The notes under the pieces: model-generated
Seen by the model: the letters and a program-made list of their open reading frames with translations, nothing else
What the model was told of the DNA's origin: nothing
Databases searched by the model: none
DNA from: Eledone cirrhosa
Taxonomy: Eukaryota
Direction of reading: 5' to 3'
NCBI GenBank assembly: GCA_964016885.1
Contig: OZ024743.1
Coordinates: 58,838,001-58,902,000, forward strand
DNA length: 64,000 nucleotides
Shown: positions 41,158-57,011 of the stretch, one piece after another
Numbering within the stretch: the stretch's first letter is position 1
Layout of the letters: each line of letters opens with the position of its first letter
Made by a program: the position numbers and the translations under genes

Positions 41158-42210
41158 ATATATATATATTAAAATAACAGAATAAAGTTTAAGCAAAGAA
41201 TCATCGCTGTTTAACGGTGAAAGCAGTGATTCGTTGCTTAAACTTTAATCTGTTATTTTTATAAATATTATAGCATCTACTTATTCTGACAAGAATCGAA
41301 ATATCTATTCGTCTGCAAGTGGTGGAAATTTGTTATCGTCTGCGCGTTCCTTAAAAGGGAAATAACTCGTCTCTAATCTCTATTTATATATTTGAACTGA
41401 AAAATCGAAACATTACAAATTCTATTTTTGCATTTCGCGTGGGTTGATTTGAACATTTTTTTGACCGATGTCTCCGTCGGACCTTCATCTATAAGTGTGG
41501 CAAGTTCACCGAAATTTGAGCGTACGGTTTAGCAGGAACTTTGTGCCTACCGTTTTAGTAGACAGACAGACAGACAGACAGACAACCTCAGTTTTATATA
41601 TATATAGATATATTTAAACATTTCGTTACAACGAATTATTTTATATACCCTGTGAATTTCGTTATAACGGAATTTCAATGTATAAATATACACATATATA
41701 CATATAAACACACAAACATATATGTGTGTGTGTGTGTGTGCGTGTATACATACACACACACACATATATATACAAATATATATATATGTACCACAACAAA
41801 TTAAATATAACCTCTACATATACAAATATATGTGTATATATCAATAGGCGGCGAATTCGCAGAGTTGTCAGAACGTCGGATCGAATGCTTTCATTCATCC
41901 GTGGTCGATAAAAAGGTAACAGTCAAGTGGTGGGTCAATTCTTCCTCTATATCGCTTTCCCACTTCCTTTCTCTCATTCTGTCTATCCTTCCCTGGTAGA
42001 TATCTATTGTATTCAGGCCTCGAGAGGTAATTGGCTCCACCAGGTTTTAAAAATGCCCTAAAAACGCCATATGTTAATATATAGTTCCTACTACTCCCTC
42101 GGAAGCTACGGGTCCATACCATAGCATAATAGACACACACATACATGTGTGTATGTATGTATGTATGTATGTATGTATGTATGTATGTATGTATGTATGT
42201 TTGTATGTAT

Positions 42211-44929
42211 GTTTTCTCTTTCTCTTAATTTCGAGTATATTTTTTTGACCGGCCACCTTCCTGGTGGCAAAGTTGTAAAAGAAAAGAAATTGTCATCCCT
42301 TGAATCGCAAGAATGTTTTGCATATTTTGAAGGTGCCAGCTATCGCAGCCATTTGCAGACTATGAATTAGGGAGCTGCGCTTTTTGTCCGCAAATCCAAG
42401 TTCAGTCATACTTTGGTCCAAGCGGGTTGGTATATAACCCGTAGCACCAATAATGATGGGTATAAAGCTAAAGGTGTATCTTGGATACTGGATTTGTAAA
42501 CTCCTCATCAATGGTCCGTAGATGTCCTCCTTCTCCTGTATTTTTCTGACAACGTTTACATCAAGTGGGCAGCTGATCTCCACAACAGAACACGTTTTCA
42601 ATGTGTGGTCCCAAACTACAATATCAGGCCGGTTGTGCTTTAATTTGGTGGCAGTTTTTATTTTCAGGTTCCACCAGTATTCCTTAGTGCCATCTGTCTC
42701 AATATATTCTTCCTCGTTTGTTGTTAATTTTGTTTTCCGAAGTGCGTTCCAGATGGTTCTAGCTATCCCATCGTGTCTCATGGGGAGGTAGTAGCGAGAT
42801 GACATTCTTTCGCAGCTGGCAACAATGTGGCTTACATCCTCGATCTTTGTTTTACATAGCCTACATTTATTGTCAGCTGCTGGCCCTCCTCTTTTGTGCA
42901 GCAGATATTTGGTAGGGAGTTCTTGTTCCTGTATTGCATAGAGATATCCCTCAAGGTGTGATGTCATAAACTTGTCGGAACTCCATGCCAGGCTTTTTGA
43001 GTGGTTTATCCCCTCTATGGTCTGTGTTTTACGCCTCAAGTATCCATGCACAACTTTTTCTGTAAATTGGTCAATTTTCTTATCTTGTTTGAACATTGAA
43101 TAGGATCTTCCGATTTCTCTGGGTGAGAGATTTATATCAGGCTTTATTCCATATCTCTCCTCCAGATCAGTCGCTATTCTAATGATATTTCTTTTTTCAT
43201 GCTCATAAACCTGGGCAAGATGGTTGCCAACCTTTTTCCTCTGTTGAAGGTGTTGCTTCAGTGTTACTATCCGTGTCTCATATGTTGTTAATATTGATTT
43301 TAGACCCCGGCCACCTTCCTTGCGTGAGAAGTATAGCCTATCCACATCACCATTGATGTTAAAGTTGCCAGTAACACTGAGAAGATTTCGAGTTCTAACA
43401 TCCATCTCACTTAGTTCTTACAATGACCAGTTCAGTAGGCCAAATGTTGGCGTTAGAATTGGCACAGCATAAGTATTGTGAGCAATGTATTTGTTGTATG
43501 CTGACAGTTCTGATGACCATATTTTCTTTACTCTTCTGAGGTATTCAGTTCTGGTTCTCTCCTTATTTATGGGTCCATCATATCTGACATTCTCATCCTG
43601 TCCAAGATATCGGTAGTTGTCACCTGACTGCAGAGGTTGTATTGTCAGGCCGTTCATCTCTAGATTTCTAGAGGAGGGCACAGCTCTTCCACGTTTTACT
43701 GCCAAATATGCACACTTGGACTCACCAAATTTCATTTTGATGTCGGTTGAAAATTGTGTAATGAGGTCCAATTGTTTCTTGATGTCATTGATATTTGGCC
43801 CATACAACTTCAGGTCATCAACAAAGAAAAGATGGGAGATACTTCTGGGCCCACTTCTTTGTCCACCTTGTTTCCTGAGTAGGTAAGATAGTGGATTCAG
43901 TGAGAGAACGAAGAGTAGCACTGACAAGCTATCACCCTGAAAGATGCCCTTCTGGTAATGTATCTTATCAGTCTTAACCTGCTCCTTCTCACCTCTAAGG
44001 ATCAAATTGGTGTACCAGTTCTTGGTCAAGCGTTCAACAGCAGCTACCAATGGTTGTGGGACTTTAGCTAACTGTAAAGCTTTAACAATCCACCCATGAG
44101 GTACACTATCAAATGCTTTTTGATAGTCCAGCCACACGACAGTCATGTTTCTGCGATTCTTTGTTGTTTTTTCCTGAATCATTTTGTTAGTTAGTAGGTG
44201 ATCTATGCAACCCCACACCTCCCTCTTTCCACCAGCTTGCTCAGGTGTTATGATGTTGTTGGTAGCACAGTGATCCTGTAAGAACAGGTTAAGGCACCCA
44301 GTATATAATTTATACATGATGTTTTGGCAGGCAATTGGGCGGTAATTTTTAGCAAGGGCGGTTTGGCTATTTTGGGGAACGAGGAGAGTAGTGGCAGTTG
44401 ATAACCATCTGGGCAGTTCTTGTGTGCCCTCAATGGTTTCTGTAAACAGCCGTATGAGATCTTGCCGATAGAAAGTGAAATTCTTCAACCAGTATCCTGT
44501 AATGAGGTCTGGGCCTGGTGATTTCCTATTCGACATTTTCTGTAGAGCTGTTTCCAGTATTGACCCATCTATGTCATATTGTTTTGTCGGAACATGTTGG
44601 TAGTAGTCCTGTTCCAGTTCTTTTAGCCAATTAGCTTGTCTGTTGAATCCGTCATCCGTTTCCCATACATATCTCCAGTAGCTCTCAACCTGTTCTTTTG
44701 AAGGGGTGTCGTTTACATGGATTGAGCTTTTGCCACCGAACCTGTGATAAACTGATTTAGGATCTCTGGCAAACAATCTATTTAGCACTTGTCGTTTATG
44801 TGCTGTTGACTTATATTTTAGTCTTTCTGATGTAGCTGTGAGTTGTTTCAACTGGTGTAATTTGGAGTTCAAAGTTTTAAATTTTGTATCTCCAAATCGT
44901 CTCTCTAACTTTTTCTTTAGGTCTTCCTA
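42211..44929 (-). mobile_element. 5'-truncated Dong/R4-clade non-LTR retrotransposon (RT, CCHC, restriction-like endonuclease) with one in-frame stop
   Basis: KSPGPD, NYRPI, WLDYQKAFDSVPH, GIFQGDSLS, FFVDDLK, CRLC...H...C, RHD, RPDIV...E. ORFs 43418-44872 and 42293-43405 are in the same frame, split by TAA. (TATG)n on both flanks. Confidence 0.92.
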
Positions 44930-45019
44930 ATGTATGTATGTATGTATGTATGTATGTATGTATGTATGTATGTATGTATGTATGTATGTATGTATGTATG
45001 TATGTATGTAGGTATGTAC

Positions 45020-45628
45020 GTCAGGTCACCAGTTGGTGCTACTGGTAACATGTATTCCAGTACAAGCTGTCCCATGGTCGCATCGTTGGCGACTAAACTG
45101 GTAACCCCACCAAGGTTTCTTGGTGAGCAGGGTGACTTTGGACATCCTGCAGAACTAAAAGCAAAACCTGTCAAAGGGTAAAGGATCTCTTATGAGTCAA
45201 TGGCCATCCAAAATCACCGGGAGAGATGACCCCTTACCCTTTGTCAAGGCATAATTCTAGGAGAAGGAAAACTCTGACATAACACCTGCAACCCTGATGG
45301 TATCCAATGATGTTGACTTGTTCTCCTTTTTGGTAAATATCATCTTGGTTAAGAGAGTGGGACTGGCTTTGTGCAGTACCTTTGATCACTATAAAAGCTT
45401 CACGGCACAGGCATTGCTTTATATCTGGAGATCTCTCAGCATTTGTCATCACATGGTACCATGGACCCAGCACTATGTGTCAGAAATTGTCACAAGTGTA
45501 GTGTTTGTACCAGAGTTTTCAAGTCGCTGGCTGGACTAAAAAGTCACACTCGTTCAGCGCATCGGTAGGAGTTCTCCTACATGGATATAAAGTACTGGCC
45601 GTACTCGAAAACGAGTTGGCAGCCACCA
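45020..45628 (+). mobile_element. About 600-bp non-autonomous RTE-derived element, copy 3
   Basis: Matches 30560-31160; (TATG)n on both sides. Confidence 0.8.
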
Positions 45629-45645
45629 TGTATGTATGTATGTAT

Positions 45646-46002
45646 GTTCTTCTTGTTTTACCAATAGAGAGTCGGTTTCTAACATAGACACAAGACTCTC
45701 TCATTGGAATTTACACATCAACTAGACAGATTATGTGTGCATGTCTGAATGCATGCATGTGTAGATATGGATGTTATTGTATGTGTGGATGTGTATGTTT
45801 TGAGTTGTATGTGTGCATGTGCATATGCTTTGTATCTGTACATGTGTATATGCAGTTATTAGATGCACAATTTTTGGAATGTTTTACATATTTTTACTGT
45901 TCCATTAATGGATTGTACTTGTAATTTCCTAACTAGTTGTGTTCTTTCTGTTCCTGTGAAGCCCAGCTTCTCAAGATTTGTATTGAGGCAGTTACTACGT
46001 AC
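45646..46002 (-). mobile_element. Extreme 3' fragment of a second Dong/R4-like element
   Basis: LEKLGF...LVRKLQVQSINGTVKICKTF resembles the C-terminus of the 42293 ORF (ELGF...LQMAAIAGTFKICKTF); (TATG)n on both sides. Confidence 0.75.
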
Positions 46003-46069
46003 ATGTATGTATGTATGTATGTATGTATGTATGTATGTATGTATGTATGTATGTATGTATGTATGTATG

Positions 46070-46101
<32 letters not shown>

Positions 46102-46452
46102 CATGTTTGTATGTATGTATGTGTACGTGAAATGACTCAACGAATAATTAAAAACAAAACACACCTAGATTGTGAGGGTAGAAAAAAAATCAAATTTTGT
46201 GTGCTAAATTATGTTTTACAAATTACATGGAAGTTGGTGAAGATAAATGAAAGGTAGAACTTACATCAGATGAAGACGTAGGAATTTGGTAGGCGAACAA
46301 TATTAGCAGAGCTGCGAGATTCATTCCGGTTGTCACTTGCCACTTCATGGTTGTAGCGATAATGGTGTGGTTTTCAGTAACATTTGCTACTTATATAGAT
46401 AGCGGGACAAAGATAGACCAGTATATCGTCATGCCATTGGCTCCCATAGATA

Positions 46453-46490
<38 letters not shown>

Positions 46491-46696
46491 GAATTGATAT
46501 GAGGGAGACAGAGAGGAGAGCTGAAGAGAGATAAGGATAGAGAATTAGCTGGTACATTTGCCATTGATCAGCAGAAACATACATATACATATTCCCTATG
46601 TCGACGTACATATACGCAACCAGACGGGTACGTCGAACACATATAATCACGCATATATATATATATATACATATATATTGTATGTGTGTGTTTGAC

Positions 46697-46738
<42 letters not shown>

Positions 46739-47073
46739 CGGAAATAATTCATGAACTTTCATTGACCCTTGACTGATCCTCTTTCTAAACATTGACCCTA
46801 AGGCTTCCTCGGATATCTAGTGCTAAAATGATTTGTATTCGATCAGATTTCGCAGGGCTCAATCAACGTTGACTTTATAATCTGAGTCAAAAGAAAATAC
46901 CGTTTACTTGTTTTATAATCGAATTAAAGAAACCCTTGAGGAATTAATGTTGGATTTAGCAGTTAACTACTTTGAAAACATTTCATTTAATAACAATTCA
47001 TAAAATTGATGACTACTGAAATATTTCCGTCACTACCTTAATCTTGTTTATAAGTTCTTCACAATTCAAGGTG

Positions 47074-48144
<1,071 letters not shown>

Positions 48145-49262
48145 CCGAGAGGGTCGTTCTGGAAGATTCCTCAAACACTTTCTTCCAGGAGTACTGTCAG
48201 AAGCAACCGTCTCCAATTGATCCGACTTGAACCCCCAAATGCGACAAGCCAAGCTCGTCGATGTTAACCAACCATCTTGCTTGGGGTCTAAACCTGGGTG
48301 TCCTCCATTTTGATTTTGCTCAATAATTCTACTTCAATTTGTTGCTGGTATATGTTTTCCTGATATGTTTTACTGGAGTCGCATGGCATCTCTGTTAGAG
48401 TGCTAGGCTTATAATCCGAATGTTAAAATTTGATTTTCCGGATCGAGTGTCAGATTGGGACCTTGTTTACAACACTTTATTTCCCGTTGCTGCAGTTTAC
48501 TCAAGCAGAGAATATGATTTGCAACGATCTTCGTTCCGTCTTTCCATTGTTCAACATCGGCGACGTGAAAATGTGAGACGGGCTGCCTGTATGAGTATTT
48601 GTCTTCTCAAAACACTCAGCCTAATCTCATGCATCGCAGGGGCAAATCCATAGAGAGGAAATCCTGCTGTGTATAATACATGGCAAATAGTGACAGATGG
48701 GGGTTCTTCTCTTCCCCTCATGTAGCTTTTCTTTTTACTTTGCTGAACTTGTTTTTCTTAATCATTTAATTTGTAAAACTGCAGTGAGGAAAGCTCTATA
48801 GTGCTCCGGAGTACAAAATGATTTGTATTATGACTTTTACTATTTAATCTTTGGAGGAAGTGATTAGACTGTAGAATCCTTGTAGAGACATTCATGTTCG
48901 TTAGTGCAAATGGATAACTATTCCTATGGGTGTATACACGAGCCAAATATCCACAATGTAGCAGAATACGCTAAACGTTCTCAAAGACCTGAGTAAATTG
49001 GTGTTGAGCGACGGATTAAATCCCTCCAACAAGGGCAGAACCTGTCATCGCGACGGGCTTCAAAATCACGAAGACACTAAAAATTTAGGTCTAGTGCGAA
49101 TTTGTGTGATTATGTATATGTTCGATCGAGGCAGACGTTAGACTAGGTAACAGCAGCAATAACAACGTTAAAAAAGGAATTGATGTTTCTTTATATTCAT
49201 TGTATCGTATGTTTTATCTTTTCTATATGATATTTGTTACTATATTACAAAGATCTTCTGAA

Positions 49263-49567
49263 GATATCGCAACATAACTTCTGACGATATCTCCAAATAT
49301 GTTATCAAGATATCCCACTAACCCTCCTAATGATGTCACAAAATAATTTGCGTAGATATAGCTATATAACTTCTAAAGCTATTAAATATGTTGTCAAGAT
49401 AACCTAATACAACTTCTCAAGTTATCACAGGATAATCCGTGACAGTGTCATAAAATATCTTCTGGTGATATCATAAAATACCTTACCAAGATATAGCAAA
49501 ACACCTTTTGATGATATTAGAGAATAATTTCTGAAGATAAATCAATATATTTTCTGATGATATAACT
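49263..49567. repeat. Degenerate 23-bp minisatellite, about 13 units
   Basis: Units such as gatatcgcaacataacttctgac, gatatctccaaatatgttatcaa and gatatcataaaataccttaccaa. Confidence 0.8.
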
Positions 49568-50697
49568 ATATTTTCATATTGCTTTTTTAAAATTATTATT
49601 TAAGTGTGAATATTAGGTATAATGATTCGGTGAAGTGGATTGGATACAGATGAAATTCAACTTCAATGTTGATGACTCTCCGACAAACATAGGAAGAGAA
49701 CGAATTTCAGAGGTTAAGGGGGCAGGAATGTCTGAAGTGATGGACATATAGTGTGGTGTTGAAATTAAATTATATGAACAGTGTAAGAAAAATCGATGCA
49801 TACTTGAGGCCACTGGCGTGTAGCTTGCTATTGCAATAAAATATAAACGATCGTAGAAGACCTCCTAACCATCTCCTTTCACAAATCACTGTTCTTTTTT
49901 GAGGAGATAAAACTATCACCACTCAACAACGCATCAGGACCAAGATTTGCTATTTTTAGTATTTCTGATACGAGACCGACCTCATTTTGATTAATAACAG
50001 CCATATATATATATATCCACCGAACTTCCGACTATTAAGGTTGATTTCCATGGGTATATCGTTATTTATAAAACACATTTTGTATTTTATCTGATGAAAG
50101 CGCACCAAGATTGGCTTGGTCGCCCTTGACATATATATAATAAAATAAATATGGCTTTATAAAAATAGTTTCCATTTATTAATATCTTTGAATACTTACT
50201 CCAGGAGACTGTTGAGTGCTCTATATCAGTTATAAACATTTATGTTTTTCGGAATTCCAACAAATCAAATACAACTTCTACATATATATGGTGTGGGTTC
50301 TGTATGTGTGTGCGGTTTTTTTTTGTGTAAGTGCTTGTATTTGTATACCTATGGAGAGTGTTTTCGCGTATGCTTGTGTATGTACGTATATGGATGCGTG
50401 TATATATTTATTTCAATTACCTCTGTATTTTATTTACTTTATTCTTAACTCTGAAGCCGAGAATCATTCGGTTTCCCAGTTAGAATTTTAGTCTACGACT
50501 TCAGTTATACCATTTACGTGGTTTTGTCTTTGCGCGCATTTGTTCTCCCCGCTCAATATTATGACGTATTTTCTTCATTTTTTCATTGTCAGAGAACGTC
50601 TCCATGAACCACCTAATAGAATTTTAGTCTGCGACTTCTTTTATACCATAAACGTGGTTTTGTCTTTGCGTGTAATTGTTTTTCACCGCACCAAATA

Positions 50698-50840
50698 ATT
50701 GTTTCTACTTTTGGCACAAGGCCAGCAATCACCCAGTACATCACTGGTACTTTATTTTATTGACCCCGTAAGGATAAAAGGCAAAGTTAACCTCGGCGGG
50801 ATTTGAACTCAGAATGGCAAGGACCGTAACTCTATGCGTA
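50698..50840 (-). mobile_element. Truncated SINE, main family
   Basis: Family core. Confidence 0.8.
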
Positions 50841-51067
50841 ACTCTATGCACTAAATAATGACGTATTATCTTCGTTTTTTCCCGTTCTTTGCCAGGGAAC
50901 GTTTCCACGAACCAAAGTATCGTCTTTCTGTCTTTCTCCTGTTGCAACGTTTTTTCAAATATTAACTTCTGCGTTCCCAGGTTGACTTCTTTAGTTTCAG
51001 AAGATCCTGTTAATAGTGAAAGCAGCGCTTGTTTGCTTAAACCTTAATCTGTTATTTTAATAAATAA

Positions 51068-51116
<49 letters not shown>

Positions 51117-51673
51117 AAATAGGATTTGGCTTCAACCATAGCTTTATACAATATGTATAAATATTTCGTATCTCCAAAGAAATACGGTTTTAGGAAGCCG
51201 TAGCTATGCAAACACCGGGGGGCTAACGCCCTCTGGTGATGTCCAGCAGAAGCAAGGCGCACAACCGTCTATGCATTTCAGGCTTAACTGGCCTTCGTCA
51301 GGATGGTCCCTCCCACCGCTTGCGACTGCTAGACTAGAAGACAGGCGAGAATATATACTTTTTTCCTCTGTGTAAATGAGGCGATTAATCTCATTTGCGT
51401 ATGAAGCTGCATGAGTTGGCTCAACTTATAATGAAAAAGAAATCGGATTTCGCTTCATGCATAGCCTTATACAATTTGTATAAATATTTCGTATCTCCAT
51501 GAAATACGGTTTTAGGAAGCCGTAATTATGCAAACAACGCGAGGCTAACGCCCTCTGGTGATGTCAAGCAGGAGCAAAGGGGACAACCGTCTATGAATTT
51601 CAGGCTTAACTGGCCTTCGTCAGGTCGGTCCCTCTCACCGCTTGCGGTGATGTCCAGCAGAGGCAAGGGGGAC

Positions 51674-51735
<62 letters not shown>

Positions 51736-52567
51736 GTATGTATGTATATATATATGTATATATGCATATATATGTATGTATATATGTATGTAAAAAGTAA
51801 ACAGAAATAACAACACAATCGGTACAGTAAGACGCGTCTGCAAAATTTGCTTAAACATTTTATTTTCGTGAAATCCTCATATATCCTAGCAGAAAAACCA
51901 CCCTTCGGATGGTTTTCTGCTAGCATGTGTAGTGTGTATATTGTTATTATACACCAGTATATATGCATGTAGATATGATACATCAAATAACATCGTAATA
52001 GACAATATACACATAAATTGAACGAAGACTCTGTTACACTCTCGTATGTAATCAGTAACGTAATCCATGATACATTAAAAAAAGACGATATTATATATAA
52101 ACTGCATTAGGAGAAAATTAGTGACAGAAATATATGAATATTTATTTAAACGATCACTAATCGGAAGTGTTGACATTTGAAAATGTTAAGGAAGTGAATC
52201 TTTAAATAAGTAATAAAATATATTTAATGAACAGCCACTAAATTTAATAGATAAATTATATAATATTCATTCATTATTTATTCAAAGTAATCCAACTTAT
52301 TTTACTAAGGGGATTACAAATTATAAACCGTACGCAGTCCCGCGCTTCTTACTTTATTATAGTTTAGATTTCGATGGCCCAGCTCCATCATCAAATTATG
52401 ATGCTAGACAACATGATCTCATCAGGTGACTTCCACAGAATTACTTAATGTGGTTACGTAGAACCCAAACATAATAGAAGGTAGAGAAAAGAGAATAGAA
52501 AATTGAAGATTGAAAATTCGATATGGGGACTGCCTATAAATAAAGCATCGTATTGGTATGAGTCCGA

Positions 52568-52629
<62 letters not shown>

Positions 52630-53288
52630 AATTAATATCTAGTAACATATATATACATACAGATGCATATCAATGCTAGCAAATATATAGGTTTTGTCTT
52701 AGTAACATTGCGGTTCAATGCATGGGGTTGCAGAACAATAATATGAGAGTCGTAAAATAAGAAAATTATAAAATTAACTTACTTACTAAAATATCACTTC
52801 CAACTAATTAGTTTCTGGAATGGAGTAAATATATTTGCTAGCATTGATATGCATCTGTATGTATATATATGTTACTAGATATTAATTCTTTATAATTATC
52901 TCCAAATTATTTGTCGAGCAATATTGGCCATGACTGCTGCTATGGTAGTAGGCAGGCCGCTGTCTTATTAGCAAACCACTTCCCACTGATTGACCTCGAT
53001 GTCACGTGATTGATTCTTTTTGAATTTGCCACAGACGCAGAAGCAGTGATTTTCTCAATGGCTAGGAATTCAGTCCACGCTTTGCTATTTCCTCTCCACT
53101 GAATTATTTTTTAATAAGTTTCCAGAGTCCTCGCTTTGCCTGGAAACTTAGCTGAGAATAGACTTCCCTGACGACGGAATGTTTCTCTGTATCTTCTTCG
53201 GAAAATATATTTACTCCATTCCAGAAACTAATTAGTTGGAAGTGATATTTTAGTAAGTAAGTTAATTTTATAATTTTCTTATTTTACG

Positions 53289-53339
<51 letters not shown>

Positions 53340-53344
53340 CAGAT

Positions 53345-53518
53345 TGCATTCGGATATCGGTAGAGGGTTTTGCAGCAAAGAGTTACGGCCTTTTATGATC
53401 TGATTTCAAATCCCGCCGAGGTTAACTTTGCCTCTCATCCTTACGAGGTCGATAAAATAAAGTAACAGTAATGCAATGGGATAAATGCTGGCCTTGTGCC
53501 AAAAGTAGTAATAATTGT
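53345..53518 (+). mobile_element. SINE, main family, plus strand
   Basis: Reverse complement of the family core. Confidence 0.8.
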
Positions 53519-54879
53519 AATATAGGAAAATATATGCCATATCAACATCGTTGCTGCTGTTTGGTCGTTGATTAATGTAGCTATTACACTTTAGTTCACT
53601 GAGATATTTTCAGAATAAGATAGAAACTGTTAACCTCTCAATATCCTATACCCACAGACACATACGGTGTCTATTTTTCAAGAATGTTTCTCAATAACTT
53701 TGGTTTGGTTTTTGAAACCTGTTCAAATTTAGACTGTATGTTTACAGATATTCAAACGTTTGTCATTTATATCTATTGTGTACTTAGTATTTTTTCTAAT
53801 ATAACTTCTGACTATAATATTTACTAATTTCATCTAATATAACACCAACTTTGAAATATTTTCTTCATGACTAAACATATATATGTTCGAAAATGAATGA
53901 CTAGCCACTAAATTGATTATGTATGTAAACTATATGGAGATTTGCTTTGAATTCAATATTTGTATTCATCACACAAAGAGAAATAATGATATGAAAATAT
54001 TATTATGAAATCGTTTGATAAGTATTTTATTATTATATTTTATAACAGAAAACAAAATAATTGCGCAAATGTTGTTAAGTTCCAGTGTTTTATGAGTATC
54101 AAGTAATTCAAGCAATCATTATAATTTAATTGTGATTAACAGGAGTTACAAGTTGTATAGATACAAGATTGATAGCTGTTCATATTATGGCACACAGTTG
54201 TGCAATTCACACTCCTTTCTTTATGTTGTGAAGCGATACGCTACAATTTCATCGGCTGTTTGGAATTGAGCAATACTTGGTGAGTCTTTAATGAAAGAAG
54301 AAACTAGCCTGTCTGATTCTAACTGAATCAGACCAAAGGTTTAAAAACATCCTTCTTTTGCATTTCAAACATTGTTTAAATATATGTTTATTTATGTGGA
54401 CAAGATAAATGTTTATATTTCATAGTTGAATTATTGTTCTAGCGGCTGTTCCGTGATTTATGTATTTAGTGGTTAGATAGTCTTTGATATGATCTGATTA
54501 ATTGCAGATTTTTATCTTTTATTCCATAGGTCGATTGATATTGTCCATAGTGGCAGTATTTTGTTGTTGTCCTAGTTTGCCTTTGAAATAAGGGCTTTTA
54601 TAAACTTTTATACTAAAGTGCAAGGCTCTTATTCAATGCACAATTCTCCTTGCAGGAACCCGGTCACGTTTTAGTTATATATTTCTTGAACCACCTGAAA
54701 TTTCGTAATGGGTAGTCATTTTCTATGTATCAGTCTCTTTAATTTATTATGTGAAAACAGAATCGAGAGTCTAAAAATCGCAACACTTCATACTGGCCTA
54801 AAAAAATTATAGTTTCTACTATGGAATACGCATTCTTGCATATCATCAATAATGTGCCTATATGTATCTCTCTCTCTCT

Positions 54880-55020
<141 letters not shown>

Positions 55021-56553
55021 CGAGTAGGACCCCGACGGCTGAGCTCAAGCCGTTTCGACTCCTAATTCTGGACTAAATGAACATTTTTATCCTGGTAAAT
55101 GAATAGCCGAGCTTCTCAGGGGGTAATTCCATATATGGTAAAATGATTGTCACAAGGATTGGTCAAAAGTTTGTTGTTGAGACGCATAATACTATCATGG
55201 CATTTTGTGGAAGGAAGGGGTAGCTGAACTTGCCAGTAGAAGAAAGAGGGAGAGGGAGTGGAGGAAACGCAGTCGTGCGTTGAAAGTGACAACCATAGCA
55301 TAATCCTACGGATAAGAGGTCAAGAGAAGTATACTAGAGAAGGGGAGAGGGAGGAAGTCGAAACAATAAGTAAATCTATATGGAGTAAATATATTGAAAA
55401 ATAAGAATGTTAAAAATATTAAAAAAAACTAAACACAATTTCTGGTTACTAATCCCCTACCACAATCATCAAATCTCTCACTGGTATTGCTAAACTATAG
55501 AAAAGTTTAATAGGTGTGACGGAATACTAAATACGAGATTGTATTGAAAAAATTTTATGAGTTAGTAGTAATCGGCCAAATCTATCTTACAGTGACAGGT
55601 CAACAAGTAGGGTGCCAAAATACTAAAAAAAACTAATACGAAATAATAATTCAGAGTCCCGAATCTAATACGAAATATTAATTCAGAATCCTGAAAATGA
55701 ATACTAATACGATATATAAGAGTACCGCTACAATACATAAATTCTAATACAAACTACATAAATGCTCGTACGATATATATGAAAAATTTAATACGAAAAA
55801 TTAATTCGGAATCCCCATCCCACACTCGAAAAAAAATACTGATATACGAGAAACTAAAGCAGAGATACCACTAAGAAATCTAGAAATCACGGAAATGGGG
55901 CACCAATCAGATAAGAAAGCAAGTATCTGGGTCTAGCATATCTGCTATAAAGTGGAGTCGGCTAATTCTGTCATTGAATAGGGGGTGGGGTGGGGGTACT
56001 GAGGCTACAGAGGACCGACGGGCTGCCACGGGGTGGGCGAGAAGGTGAAAAGAGCGACGACAAAGAAGAACAGGAGTGGAAGGACTAGGAAGGGATGGGG
56101 GAAGAAGGAAATATAGAGGAAACGATCAAAAATATATAAGAAAATCTTCCGTCTTCCTTTATAAGCAGGGGTTACCCATTACAAAAAGGCAAGTGGGGTG
56201 TTACAGCCCTTGTGTATGCCCCCCCCCCTCTGCCGGGTCATTATGGGGTTTGAGGGCGAGATAAGTCCTACGCAATATGTGTTTGCATGCTGTTACCAAT
56301 TCGTCTTTCTTGTTTAGGAGTTGGTCCGTCGAAAACAGCATTTGTAATGTTTCCTCCGAGCATAAGTTACACGAACGGCGTCCTCCCGTGTAAGAGTTGG
56401 CTCTTATGACCAATCCTTGTGACAATCACTTTTACCATATATGAAATTATCCCTGAGAAGCTCGGCTATTCATTTACCAGGATAAAGATTTTCATTTAGT
56501 TCAGAATTAGCCGTCGAAACGGCTTGAGCTCAGCCGTCGGGGTCCTAATCGTT
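55021..56553 (-). mobile_element. Penelope-like 3' fragment with inverted pseudo-LTRs
   Basis: RANSYTGGRRSCNLCSEE...LLNKKDELVTACKH at 56201-56425; 55021-55166 is an inverted copy of 56409-56553; flanked by (TA)n. Confidence 0.8.
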
Positions 56554-56634
56554 ACTATTGCTCACTCTACTACCCTAAGTATTGAGAACTTTGGTGCGTT
56601 ACGGTGCATCTGGTTCCTTATCACATTTCCTTCG

Positions 56635-56704
<70 letters not shown>

Positions 56705-56708
56705 GTAT

Positions 56709-56770
<62 letters not shown>

Positions 56771-57011
56771 TTTTCTTTATTAACCACAAGGGTTTACATA
56801 AAGTAGACATTAAGGACAGTACAGGATAATACAGGACGGTACAAATGGGCATTTCTGCGTGTAAAAAAAGCAGAGGTTGAAATAAAATAACAAAGAAAAA
56901 TTCCCCAATAGGGGGGAGATCCGAGGGACATCTGTGGAGAAAGCCCATTAAAAGACCACAGTGGCCCTGACCACCAGGGCAAGTGCCCTCTCCCAGTGTT
57001 CCACCTTTAAT

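Noticed and set aside
49263-49567. CRISPR-like periodicity
   Set aside because: The DNA is eukaryotic, there is no constant repeat with unique spacers and no cas genes; it is a degenerate minisatellite.
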